Positions 17,912-27,153 of a stretch of DNA of 64,000 bases are shown piece after piece. Both the position numbers and the translations under genes were made by a program. Each line of letters opens with the position of its first letter. Positions within the stretch are counted from its first letter, which is position 1. Below the pieces are notes generated by a model. It ran no database searches. It was given only the letters and a program-made list of their open reading frames with translations, and was not told where the DNA came from. The DNA is taken from NCBI GenBank assembly GCA_963668595.1, contig OY764876.1, positions 3,923,554-3,987,553 on the forward strand. The letters run 5' to 3'. The DNA comes from Prolixibacteraceae bacterium. Lineage in GTDB: Bacteria; Bacteroidota; Bacteroidia; Bacteroidales; Prolixibacteraceae.

Positions 17912-19666
17912 ATGTACAGATCGCATACATGTGGCGAATTACGCCTCGAACAACAAGGACAGCAAGTGACTTTGGCCGGCTGGGTACAACGAAAACGTGA
18001 GTTTGGAGGAATGACTTTTGTTGACCTTCGTGACCGCTATGGAATTACTCAATTGGTTTTTGATGAAAATTCGGGTGCGGAAATGGCCGAAAAAATCAAA
18101 AAACTGGGTCGTGAATTTGTTGTTCAGGCAAAAGGTGTGGTTCGGGAACGCAGCAATAAAAATAAAAATATACCAACCGGTGATGTTGAATTGGAAGTGT
18201 CGGAACTGGTTATTCTGAACGTTTCGGAAGTTCCGCCATTTACCATCGAGGATGAAAGTGATGGTGGCGACGACATCCGCATGAAATATCGTTATTTGGA
18301 TTTGCGCCGGAACCCGGTACGCGATACGCTGATTTTGCGTGCAAAAATGGCTCATGCCACTCGTAGTTATCTGAATCAGCACAATTTTATTGAAACAGAA
18401 ACTCCGGTATTGATTAAATCGACTCCGGAAGGGGCACGCGACTTTGTGGTGCCTTCGCGCATGAATCCGGGTGAATTCTACGCTCTTCCTCAGTCTCCAC
18501 AGCAATTGAAACAGTTGTTGATGGTTGCCGGATTCGACCGTTACTACCAGATTGTAAAATGTTTCCGCGACGAAGACTTGCGTGCCGACCGTCAGCCTGA
18601 ATTTACCCAGATCGACTGCGAAATGTCGTTCGTAGAACAGGAAGACGTGCTGAACATGTTTGAAGGATTGACCAAATACATGTTCAAAGAAATTAAAGGA
18701 ATTGAGATTGAAAATTTCCCGCGCATGCCGTATTCCGAAGCCATGGAAAATTATGGTTCGGACAAACCGGACATTCGCTTCGGTATGAAAATCAAAGAGC
18801 TGAGCTCGCTGGCAAAAGGACATGGATTTTCGGTGTTCGACGATGCCGAATACATTGGTGGAATTTGTGCCGAAGGTTGCTCTGAATATACCCGCAAACA
18901 ATTGGATGCGCTTACCGAATGGGTAAAACGTCCGCAAATCGGGGCCAAAGGAATGGTGTATGTGAAATTCAATACCGATGGAACAATTAAGTCGTCGGTA
19001 GATAAATTTTATTCCGAAGAAGAACTAAAGAAATGGTGTGAACTGTTTGGGGCCAAAGCTGGCGACCTGATTTTGGTTCTTTCCGGAGCAAAAGAAAAAA
19101 CACAAAAAGCACTGGGCGAATTGCGTATTGAAGTAGCAAACCAGCTCGGATTGCGCAATAAAGATGTGTTCCAGCCTCTTTGGGTTGTCGATTTTCCTCT
19201 TTTGGAATGGGACGAAGAAACTGCACGTTTTTATGCGATGCACCATCCGTTTACTTCTCCAAAACCAGAGGATATTCCGTTGCTCGAAACCAACCCTGGA
19301 GCTGTTCGCGCTAATGCGTACGACTTGGTTATCAATGGAGTGGAAATTGGTGGTGGATCGGTACGAATTTTCGACAAAGCACTTCAGGCTAAAATGTTTG
19401 GTTTGCTCGGTTTTACTCCCGAACAGGCCGATTACCAGTTTGGCTTCCTGATGAATGCATTTAAATTTGGTGCGCCTCCCCATGCAGGTATTGCATTCGG
19501 TTTCGACCGTCTGACTTCGATGTTTGCCGGTTTGGACAGTATTCGCGATACCATCGCTTTCCCGAAAAACAACTCGGGTCGCGACGTGATGATGGATAGT
19601 CCCTCAACCATTGCTGATGCTCAGTTGGAAGAATTGAACATCAAACTGGATGTAAAAGAGAAGTAA
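17912..19666 (+). CDS. aspS: aspartate--tRNA ligase
   Basis: 584 aa. Class II motifs [25 protein letters not shown] and GFDRL. Confidence 0.96.
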   Translation: MYRSHTCGELRLEQQGQQVTLAGWVQRKREFGGMTFVDLRDRYGITQLVFDENSGAEMAEKIKKLGREFVVQAKGVVRERSNKNKNIPTGDVELEVSELVILNVSEVPPFTIEDESDGGDDIRMKYRYLDLRRNPVRDTLILRAKMAHATRSYLNQHNFIETETPVLIKSTPEGARDFVVPSRMNPGEFYALPQSPQQLKQLLMVAGFDRYYQIVKCFRDEDLRADRQPEFTQIDCEMSFVEQEDVLNMFEGLTKYMFKEIKGIEIENFPRMPYSEAMENYGSDKPDIRFGMKIKELSSLAKGHGFSVFDDAEYIGGICAEGCSEYTRKQLDALTEWVKRPQIGAKGMVYVKFNTDGTIKSSVDKFYSEEELKKWCELFGAKAGDLILVLSGAKEKTQKALGELRIEVANQLGLRNKDVFQPLWVVDFPLLEWDEETARFYAMHHPFTSPKPEDIPLLETNPGAVRANAYDLVINGVEIGGGSVRIFDKALQAKMFGLLGFTPEQADYQFGFLMNAFKFGAPPHAGIAFGFDRLTSMFAGLDSIRDTIAFPKNNSGRDVMMDSPSTIADAQLEELNIKLDVKEK

Positions 19667-19687
19667 TCACTCAGATTGCCAGATATA

Positions 19688-19722
19688 AACAAAGCCTTCC
19701 TGTTTCGCGGGAAGGCTTTGTT
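19688..19722. terminator. intrinsic terminator hairpin after aspS
   Basis: ACAAAGCCTTCC-tgtttcgcg-GGAAGGCTTTGT. Confidence 0.65.
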
Positions 19723-19749
19723 GCTTTTAGCTTTTTAGCAGAACAAATA

Positions 19750-20628
19750 CTATTCGGAAAGAATTTTTTCCCTGATCAGCGCATTGATTTGCCTGTTGAA
19801 AGCAATCATTGTTGCTTTATTTTTTTCTTCTGCCAAAATTCCAGCTCGTTTTATTCCTCCATGATAGGTTTTATTGAATAATCCCAAGCCGGCAAAATAA
19901 CCGGTAATATAGAAATGATTAAACATTTGATAGCCTGCAAAAAACAATACCGTTGAGTTGATGAGCATATTAACAATGCCCTCGCCTGTTTTTCCCGCAT
20001 AAATTTGTCCTGCGCCGGGTAGAAAGCGGGACCAGTTTTCAGCACTGTCAACCGACCGCAAACGGGGAATGTTCTTTTTCGAATAAATCAGCTCTACCGT
20101 TTGTTGCAAATTCGCTTCTTTTTCCTTCGACAAGTGCTGCTCTTGTATATAATCGATAAAACATTCTTTTGCTTCATCCCATTTTCGGGTTTCATTTAAA
20201 CTGAGCAATTTTACGGGCATGAAAAGCAGAAAAGAACTACTATCGCTGCTTTGCCGAAAATATTCATCGATTTTCCAGAGTGCTTTGGCTGGCTCTCCAT
20301 TCAAATAAAAACACAGCGATTGTTCGTAACTTACCAGTCGGTACAACGAATCACTGAAATCGGTCAAATAGATGGATTGAAGTTCCTCTAGCGATCGTGA
20401 AAAATCGTTTATGCGTTTATAGCATAATGCTTTTTTGTATTTGTATTGGTACAGATCGCTGTTTGATTGCGCATAAAAAATTTGCCGTTCATATTCAATC
20501 GCTGCATCTTCGAACTTGCCGATTGAAAATAAACTGTCAGCTTCTGAGACCGATGCATTACTCCTCGAAAAAATTGCGCAAAGGAATATGAAGCTGTAAA
20601 AGAATTTGATTGTGTAAGGCATTTGCAT
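19750..20628 (-). CDS. TPR-like membrane protein, paralog 2
   Basis: 292 aa. Shares the C-terminal motif LPGAGQIYAGKTGEGIVNM plus TM segments with the upstream paralog. Overlaps that paralog by 71 nt as called in the ORF track. Confidence 0.6.
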   Translation of the reverse strand: MQMPYTIKFFYSFIFLCAIFSRSNASVSEADSLFSIGKFEDAAIEYERQIFYAQSNSDLYQYKYKKALCYKRINDFSRSLEELQSIYLTDFSDSLYRLVSYEQSLCFYLNGEPAKALWKIDEYFRQSSDSSSFLLFMPVKLLSLNETRKWDEAKECFIDYIQEQHLSKEKEANLQQTVELIYSKKNIPRLRSVDSAENWSRFLPGAGQIYAGKTGEGIVNMLINSTVLFFAGYQMFNHFYITGYFAGLGLFNKTYHGGIKRAGILAEEKNKATMIAFNRQINALIREKILSE

Positions 20629-21433
20629 AATCTTGTTCGGACACTTTTACTGAAAGTACTGATCCGTAAATATTCGACACGTATGAGGCGACAAAAATGC
20701 CTCCAAAGAGCAGGGTTTTGAAATTTTTAATTCCATTTTTATGATAGTTTTCCCAGGCAATTAGCCCAAATCCGGTAGTAGCAATCATTGATGCAATTCC
20801 TTCGCCTGTTCGTCCTGCATATATTTTCCCCGATCCGGGAAGAATACCAGACATGGTCCCGGCTATCCAAGCCGACTTGGTGCGGTGTTTTTCCTTTTCT
20901 ATTCCAATCTGTTGTAAGGCCTGTATTTGCTGATTTAATACTGCAATGTCCGGATTAATCTTGTTGAAACTATTTTCTGCTTGTTTCTTATCTCCTTCAA
21001 GCATTGATATTCCGCTTAATTCAAAATATTTAAGTGAATGTTTTGTTGCATCTTCGGTATCCAAACTTTCAAGAATCTTTCGGGCATTGGAATACTGTCC
21101 AAGATATGTTTGGTTGTATGCAGCAAAAAAGCGTGACTGGTCATAAAAGACAGAGCTTTCGCTGACTTTTAAAAACGAATGCGAGGCTTCCTCCAGTTTT
21201 TTTAGCGAATAATTTGCCCAGGCAGTGTAAAAATGAAGTGAATCCTTTTGGCTGGGCAGAAAGAAGGACGAATCACGTTCTGTCAGAAAAAGCATTTCAG
21301 CATAATTCCCTTTGTGAAGCAAGTGATTCAGAAACGCAAAATCATTCTTTTTCTGAGAAAAACAATAATTGGCATATAAGCTAAATAAGATGATCCCAAA
21401 ATACTTCATTTGTATTTGCTTACAGGGTCGCAA
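20558..21433 (-). CDS. TPR-like membrane protein, paralog 1
   Basis: 291 aa. Motif LPGSGKIYAGRTGEGIASM plus TM segments. Confidence 0.6.
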   Translation of the reverse strand: MRPCKQIQMKYFGIILFSLYANYCFSQKKNDFAFLNHLLHKGNYAEMLFLTERDSSFFLPSQKDSLHFYTAWANYSLKKLEEASHSFLKVSESSVFYDQSRFFAAYNQTYLGQYSNARKILESLDTEDATKHSLKYFELSGISMLEGDKKQAENSFNKINPDIAVLNQQIQALQQIGIEKEKHRTKSAWIAGTMSGILPGSGKIYAGRTGEGIASMIATTGFGLIAWENYHKNGIKNFKTLLFGGIFVASYVSNIYGSVLSVKVSEQDYANALHNQILLQLHIPLRNFFEE

Positions 21434-21900
21434 AACCGATGCGACTTTGGGTTTAGGTCAATTACATCTAAATCAGTTGCTGCAATTCGGTTACAGCGAT
21501 TTAACCGGTCGAGGGTTAGTAAGCTTCCTTTGATCAGTCCGAATTCTTTTACTGCCTGTTTGCTGAAATCAGAGCAACTGGGATCGTACAGGCAATTCGC
21601 CGAAAAATGTTGAGACAGAAAATTTTGATAGACATAGAGACTACCACCCAATGCCAAGCTTATTGGATTACTGTTTTTAATTGTTTTAGGCTGATCTTTA
21701 TAGATGTACGGACGAATTTTGCTCTGTGGTAGTTGTTTTTCTGCCTGCAAATCAATTAAAAGAAGGTCGGTAATTTGGTCTGTTTTTTGAGCTTTACCTA
21801 TCCACGAAATTCCTATAAGTAGCACGATAATACTACTTGTTTTTATTGCTGCCCAAATATTTTGCATTTTCGGGTATTTTAAAATTGAAATATTTTTCAT
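21406..21900 (-). CDS. yidD: YidD-like membrane protein insertion efficiency factor with a long N-terminal extension
   Basis: The C-terminal half carries YDPSCSDFSKQAVKEFG, a YidD/haemolytic-domain motif. 164 aa is longer than the ~80 aa I recall for YidD. An alternative start is at 21867. Confidence 0.65.
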   Translation of the reverse strand: MKNISILKYPKMQNIWAAIKTSSIIVLLIGISWIGKAQKTDQITDLLLIDLQAEKQLPQSKIRPYIYKDQPKTIKNSNPISLALGGSLYVYQNFLSQHFSANCLYDPSCSDFSKQAVKEFGLIKGSLLTLDRLNRCNRIAATDLDVIDLNPKSHRFCDPVSKYK

Positions 21901-22597
21901 CGGCCGTCGAGGAGATTTTTACATTTGAAAACAAGGTACGGTTAATAACCGAATCACCCGATGGCAGGTAGCTGATTTCAATGATCTTCATTGGCAATCG
22001 GAATTGCGAAAAGTCTTGGTAATTTGTATAGTAGGTCTTTTTGATGATCTTCTTTTTGTTTGCCTTGTACTCCGAGTAAACAGGGATACCTTTTTCAAAA
22101 ACCATTTTAACCGATTCAATTCCTTTTAATACCGATGGTGCTTGCCATTGAGTGATGTAATATTGATTTTCGGTCGAACTTGATACTAACTGAAATCCAT
22201 CGTCAGCCAGCCCAAGATGGTCGGTGAAATTGTTGGCAAAATAATAAATCAGGTTTCTCTTTGATGATAATTCGCTCACTTGCTTGTAATCCACTTCGTT
22301 TTTATGAGGGTAATAGCTTTTTATTTCGCCATACGCGTTTACGGTCATAATAAACTCTGGATTTGAGTGATAAAACTTGGTTATTGTTTGCTTGTTTTTA
22401 TCAAAATACAAATCGATTTCGCTTACAATTTTTTTCTTGTTTTCAAGAATTTCTGAATGTTGTTTCAGCGAAACATAGTTGCCTGTTTGGGCAAACAAGT
22501 TTATACTGAACAGCGAGAACAATAAAAAAAAGAATATTTTTTGAGACGTGACTTTCATAGTATAAAAACAAGGTGTCTGTTTGACAAAAACAGACAC
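21833..22597 (-). CDS. hypothetical exported protein
   Basis: 254 aa with a signal-like N-terminus (FFFLLFSLFSINLFAQ). Confidence 0.5.
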   Translation of the reverse strand: MSVFVKQTPCFYTMKVTSQKIFFFLLFSLFSINLFAQTGNYVSLKQHSEILENKKKIVSEIDLYFDKNKQTITKFYHSNPEFIMTVNAYGEIKSYYPHKNEVDYKQVSELSSKRNLIYYFANNFTDHLGLADDGFQLVSSSTENQYYITQWQAPSVLKGIESVKMVFEKGIPVYSEYKANKKKIIKKTYYTNYQDFSQFRLPMKIIEISYLPSGDSVINRTLFSNVKISSTADEKYFNFKIPENAKYLGSNKNK

Positions 22598-22617
22598 CTT
22601 GGGTTATTGGTGAATAA

Positions 22618-23037
22618 TTACCACATAAAGAATTTCGGATTGTTAACGTAAGGGCTAATGTCTTCATGATCGATGATCAGAACAATAAAGTCCACTAACG
22701 GAACGATTCCAAAGATACCACCGCAAGTCAGAATGTAGCCAATACCAGTCATAGGTTTGGTTCCAAGATAAAAACGGTGAACACCTAATCCTCCCAGAAA
22801 AAAGTCGAGAAGAATTGCAGCTACAGCATCTTTTTCTTTTGCAGCGACCAGGTTTGTCGATGCACTTGAGGTAATTTCACTAATTCCAGGAACATCTGTC
22901 GAAATCATAACTGTTTCGGTAGCGCTATCAAAAAGTTGATCGATAGCCTGCTCGCTTACAGAATAGACTGATGCTCTGGCTTGATTTGCACTGATGGCAA
23001 AAACAAATAATACAAAAACAAAGAGTACTTTTTTCAT
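22618..23037 (-). CDS. TM2 domain-containing protein
   Basis: LLDFFLGGLGVHRFYLG ... GGIFGIVPLVDF matches the TM2 signature. Confidence 0.8.
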   Translation of the reverse strand: MKKVLFVFVLFVFAISANQARASVYSVSEQAIDQLFDSATETVMISTDVPGISEITSSASTNLVAAKEKDAVAAILLDFFLGGLGVHRFYLGTKPMTGIGYILTCGGIFGIVPLVDFIVLIIDHEDISPYVNNPKFFMW

Positions 23038-23102
23038 GAGGCATAAAATTTATTACGTAGCAAATGTATGCATTTAAAGAATTAAAACATTCGTTTTTTC
23101 GC

Positions 23103-23525
23103 TTATTCTGCGAGTTTTCCCATGGTGACAATTTCTTCTCCTTTTCCCCACATAAACTCGGAACCTTTCGACCAAAAGAAATTCCCTTGATTATCTTCAT
23201 ATTTGGCTCCGCTGGCAGCACGTGCCTGTTTTAAAATGTAGGCTTTCCCATGTGTTTCATCTTCTAAAAGCAAGGATTCGGCTTCGTTCCGGTAAATGGC
23301 GCGAAAACGGTACGTGCTGTCGTTCGAAATGAAAATAAACTCGTGACGGATTGCAGTGCTGTCTATCGCATTGGCTGTTTTTGCCGCTTCATCAAAACTC
23401 TCGGAATGGACAATTTTCGTAGTGTTTTGAATACGAAACTTTTGTGTTTGCATTCCGGCAACAAAGCAAATCACGAAACCAATGCCGGTCAATGCATAAC
23501 AGATGATTTTCTTTTTGGATCCCAT
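23103..23525 (-). CDS. MliC-like lysozyme inhibitor family protein
   Basis: SGAKYEDNQGNFFWSKGSEFMW resembles the MliC conserved region. An N-terminal TM or lipid anchor is present. Confidence 0.6.
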   Translation of the reverse strand: MGSKKKIICYALTGIGFVICFVAGMQTQKFRIQNTTKIVHSESFDEAAKTANAIDSTAIRHEFIFISNDSTYRFRAIYRNEAESLLLEDETHGKAYILKQARAASGAKYEDNQGNFFWSKGSEFMWGKGEEIVTMGKLAE

Positions 23526-23569
23526 CTCTCTAATTTTTTATGCGTAAACGAAGGCTCGCTGAGAAATAA

Positions 23570-24337
23570 TTACTGATCCGTCTTTTTTCGCTCGTCGCGT
23601 ATTTGGCGATATTGTTTGTTGGCAAAAACAAACTCTCCAAGCTTGCGGTTTTCGGCATACAGAATTTCTGTTTTACTCCCGGTCCAGCATATTTCTCCTT
23701 CCGAAATAAATACAACCTGATCGCCAATTTCCATTACCGAGTTCATGTCGTGCGTATTCACGATGGTGGTAATATCCAGTTCAACGGTAATTTCATGAAT
23801 CAGTGCATCAATAACCAGCGAAGTTTCGGGATCGAGTCCAGAGTTGGGTTCATCGCAAAACAGGTATTTGGGGTTCAGGGCAATGGCCCGGGCAATGGCC
23901 ACGCGCTTTTGCATCCCCCCTGAAATCTCAGATGGATACAGCTGATTTGCATTGCGGATATTCACGCGTTCGAGACAAAAGTCAACTTGCTTTTGCTTCT
24001 CCGAAACCGACATATTGGTAAACATATCGAGTGGGAAACGCACATTTTCTTCTACGGTAAGCGAATCAAAAAGAGCTCCTCCCTGGAAAACCATGCCCAT
24101 TTCGCGGCGAAGTAATTTGCGGTCTTTTTGTGCCATGCGGGTAAAATCACGTCCGTCGTAAAGAATTTCGCCGCTGTCAACCTCGTGGAGCCCAACAATG
24201 GCTTTCAGCAAAACGGTTTTTCCCGATCCGCTTCGTCCGATAATGAGGTTGGTCTTTCCTTTCTCGAATATAGAAGAGACGTTCTTTAGTACAGACTTCT
24301 CCTCAAACGATTTATATATACTTTTTACTTCAATCAT
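23570..24337 (-). CDS. mlaF: ABC transporter ATP-binding protein, MlaF-like
   Basis: Walker A GRSGSGKT, signature ISGGMQKRVAIARA, Walker B LFCDEP. Adjacent to an MlaE-like permease. Confidence 0.85.
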   Translation of the reverse strand: MIEVKSIYKSFEEKSVLKNVSSIFEKGKTNLIIGRSGSGKTVLLKAIVGLHEVDSGEILYDGRDFTRMAQKDRKLLRREMGMVFQGGALFDSLTVEENVRFPLDMFTNMSVSEKQKQVDFCLERVNIRNANQLYPSEISGGMQKRVAIARAIALNPKYLFCDEPNSGLDPETSLVIDALIHEITVELDITTIVNTHDMNSVMEIGDQVVFISEGEICWTGSKTEILYAENRKLGEFVFANKQYRQIRDERKKTDQ

Positions 24338-24338
24338 A

Positions 24339-25076
24339 TTACAGTAGTAATTGAGTGAGAATCAGGTCGGATACCAATATCATGATGTTGGTGCTTACAA
24401 CGGCGCGGGTACTGGCAGCACCGACTTCAAATGCCCCGCCTTCGACAAAATAGCCGAAATATGAGGGAATGGTGGCAATCAGAAAGCCAATTACCAGCGA
24501 CTTGATAACCGAGTACATCACATAATACGGAACGAACAGATATTGAATTCCGTTCAGGTAATCAGCCGCACTTACGGCCCCAACAGCCGGACCAACAATC
24601 AAGCCGCCGATCAGTCCGAAAAAAACACTCAGAATATACAAGAACGGGAAAATGAGAACGACGGCAAAAATTTTCGGTAGAATGAGATAGGCTGCCGAGT
24701 TAACGCCCATTATTTCAAGCGAATCAACTTGCTCTGTTACTTTCATGCTCCCGATTTCGGAAGTAATATTGGCCCCGATTTTTCCGGCCATAATCAAACC
24801 CATGATGGTGGACGAGAATTCGAGAATCAGTGTGTCGCGGTTTCCCAATCCAATCAGGTAACTTGGCAGGAACGGATTTTCAAGGTTGTAGGCCACCTGC
24901 AAAGTCATGATTCCTCCCATGAACAAAGAGATAATGGTGACAATGCCCACCGAGTTGATTCCCAGTTTTTCGATCTCCTCGAAAATCCGGCGAAAATAAA
25001 TCCGGTGCCTTTCCGGTTTCGAAAAAACGCGGTAAAGCAAAGCAAAATATCTTCCGGTATGATAGAAAAGCTTCAT
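24339..25076 (-). CDS. mlaE: ABC transporter permease, MlaE-like
   Basis: 245-aa polytopic protein placed 1 nt upstream of the ATPase gene. Confidence 0.8.
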   Translation of the reverse strand: MKLFYHTGRYFALLYRVFSKPERHRIYFRRIFEEIEKLGINSVGIVTIISLFMGGIMTLQVAYNLENPFLPSYLIGLGNRDTLILEFSSTIMGLIMAGKIGANITSEIGSMKVTEQVDSLEIMGVNSAAYLILPKIFAVVLIFPFLYILSVFFGLIGGLIVGPAVGAVSAADYLNGIQYLFVPYYVMYSVIKSLVIGFLIATIPSYFGYFVEGGAFEVGAASTRAVVSTNIMILVSDLILTQLLL

Positions 25077-25397
25077 ATTTGGTGCTTTATTGCAGCGTTT
25101 AAAGGTACAATAATTCTAAAACCCGGAAAATAAACGATTGAAAAAGCACATATTCGTCAGCTTCTTTCATTCGATTGTCAAAAAAACGGTTTGTGTCTGT
25201 ATTATTTTCGATATATTTGAAAGTGACGTTCTTTTCAGGAAAGAGATTTCTGGTTTGATAATTTTTGCTGATAATCTTTGTATTGGAAGATTTACTTGTG
25301 GTTTATTCCGAAAAGAGGAAACCCAATGCAACAGAAACGTGATGCAGAAAAAATATAGCCTGAAAATTTTCGTTTCTCAATTACCAAAACATTTTGA

Positions 25398-26489
25398 ATG
25401 ATGAACAATAATTATTGTGTGATTATGGCCGGAGGAATCGGGAGCCGGTTCTGGCCAATCAGCAAATCGTCGAAACCCAAGCAATTTTTGGATATTCTCG
25501 GTGTTGGACGCTCGTTTATTCAGCAAACCTACGACCGGTTTCGGAGTATCATTCCTGCTGAAAATATTTATGTGGTTACCAGCATCGACTATACCGATCT
25601 GGTAAAAGAGCAGTTGCCCGAATTACCCGAAAGTCAGATATTATCGGAACCATTGAGGCGAAATACGGCTCCGTGTATTGCTTATGCAGCGTATAAAATA
25701 CATACTATCAATCCGGATGCAAATCTTATTATTGCTCCGTCTGATCATTTAATTCTGAAAGAAGAAGAGTTTTTACATCAGATAAAAACCGGATTGGATT
25801 TTGTTTCGAAAAATCCGGTGTTGCTGACTTTGGGCATTACTCCTAGCCGACCGGAAACTGGTTATGGCTACATTCAGGTTGATTATGCCGATGGATTGAA
25901 AGAACCAGCCAATTTGCATAAGGTGAAAACATTCACCGAAAAACCGGATGCAAAAATGGCCGAGTTATTTATGAGTAGCGGTGAATTTGTATGGAACTCG
26001 GGGATTTTTATCTGGTCGCTTCGGGCTATTTTATCGGCCTTCGATCAATATCTGGAGGAAGTTTCGTCGCGTTTCAGAAAAGGAATACAATTATACGGAA
26101 CCAGTGACGAACGTGCTTTTCTGAATAAAGCCTACTCGGAATGTCCAAATATTTCGATCGATTATGGGTTGATGGAGAAAGCCAATAACGTATATGTGCT
26201 CTGTGCCGATTTTGGCTGGAGCGATTTAGGAACATGGGGATCGCTATACGAAAATATAGAAAAAGATAAAGAAGGGAATGCTATTTCGGGAGCGAGGGTG
26301 ATGACCTACAATACTTCCAATTGTATTGTCAATTTCCCGGACGAAAAATTGGTCGTTTTGCAGGGGCTGAATGGCTTTGTGGTGGTCGAGTCGGAAGGAA
26401 CGCTGATGATTTGTCGCATGGAAGATGAGCAACAAATCCGTCAGTTTGTTACCGATGTAAGAATGAATGTGGGGGAGAAGTTTGTGTAG
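25398..26489 (+). CDS. manC: mannose-1-phosphate guanylyltransferase (no PMI domain), copy 1
   Basis: N-terminal MAGGIGSRFWPISK. GYGYI motif. 363 aa. Confidence 0.85.
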   Translation: MMNNNYCVIMAGGIGSRFWPISKSSKPKQFLDILGVGRSFIQQTYDRFRSIIPAENIYVVTSIDYTDLVKEQLPELPESQILSEPLRRNTAPCIAYAAYKIHTINPDANLIIAPSDHLILKEEEFLHQIKTGLDFVSKNPVLLTLGITPSRPETGYGYIQVDYADGLKEPANLHKVKTFTEKPDAKMAELFMSSGEFVWNSGIFIWSLRAILSAFDQYLEEVSSRFRKGIQLYGTSDERAFLNKAYSECPNISIDYGLMEKANNVYVLCADFGWSDLGTWGSLYENIEKDKEGNAISGARVMTYNTSNCIVNFPDEKLVVLQGLNGFVVVESEGTLMICRMEDEQQIRQFVTDVRMNVGEKFV

Positions 26490-26527
26490 CCGGAGTATTT
26501 TCAGCTACAAGAATATGAATTGAAAAA

Positions 26528-26567
26528 ATGCTTTGTCGGAGAGATTTTCCGGCAAAGCATTTTTTTT
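26528..26567. terminator. bidirectional intrinsic terminator
   Basis: aaaaa-ATGCTTTGTCGG...CCGGCAAAGCAT-ttttttt. Confidence 0.75.
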
Positions 26568-26575
26568 ACATGAAT

Positions 26576-27115
26576 CTAGTTTGATCCATTTATCATTTCT
26601 TTCCAATTTTTATTTTTCATGAGGTTTATTTGGCTGGCAACCTGATTGAGATTGAAATCACCTTTTACGTAAATCAGCGCATTGTCTGAGCCGCCAGCCA
26701 GAATCAGCAACTCCGAAATGTATTCCTCATTTTTCATCTGGGCCAGAATTTGTATTTCATCGCCGTCTTCTTTTACTGAAAGCAGCGGCTGAAATGAACC
26801 TGGCACATATCTGCTGAATTCTTTACTGAAATTGACTTTGGGAAAGTTTTGCTCTTCCTCGATGGTGAGAATTTTAACCAGCTCCACATGGCGAAGCAAT
26901 TCTTTTTCTTCTGGTTGCAAACCGGCAAACGGGAGGAAAGCTCTGATTGCAAACCCGGGAATGGTCATCGAGGTGACTCCGTCTTTTCCTGAATATTTAC
27001 GAAAAGCAGCATGCACTGTTGGATCACTGGAGCATGCACTCATCAGAATAGCAATGGTGAAGATGAATAAAAAACGTCGCAACATGGTCAGGTAATTTAT
27101 AGTGTTCTTTTCCAT
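26576..27115 (-). CDS. DUF4252-like lipoprotein
   Basis: Lipobox LMSAC-SS. 179 aa. The assignment is tentative. Confidence 0.5.
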   Translation of the reverse strand: MEKNTINYLTMLRRFLFIFTIAILMSACSSDPTVHAAFRKYSGKDGVTSMTIPGFAIRAFLPFAGLQPEEKELLRHVELVKILTIEEEQNFPKVNFSKEFSRYVPGSFQPLLSVKEDGDEIQILAQMKNEEYISELLILAGGSDNALIYVKGDFNLNQVASQINLMKNKNWKEMINGSN

Positions 27116-27153
27116 TGACGTATCAGTTGTAAAAACATTACATGCCGTAAATG

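Noticed and set aside
17939-18937. 332-aa minus-strand ORF and several smaller ORFs overlapping aspS
   Set aside because: These are shadow ORFs antisense to a complete aspS and have no recognisable motifs.
25138-25401. 87-aa ORF in the mlaE-manC intergenic region
   Set aside because: There is no motif, the composition is odd, and it overlaps the manC start region. It was treated as promoter or intergenic DNA.
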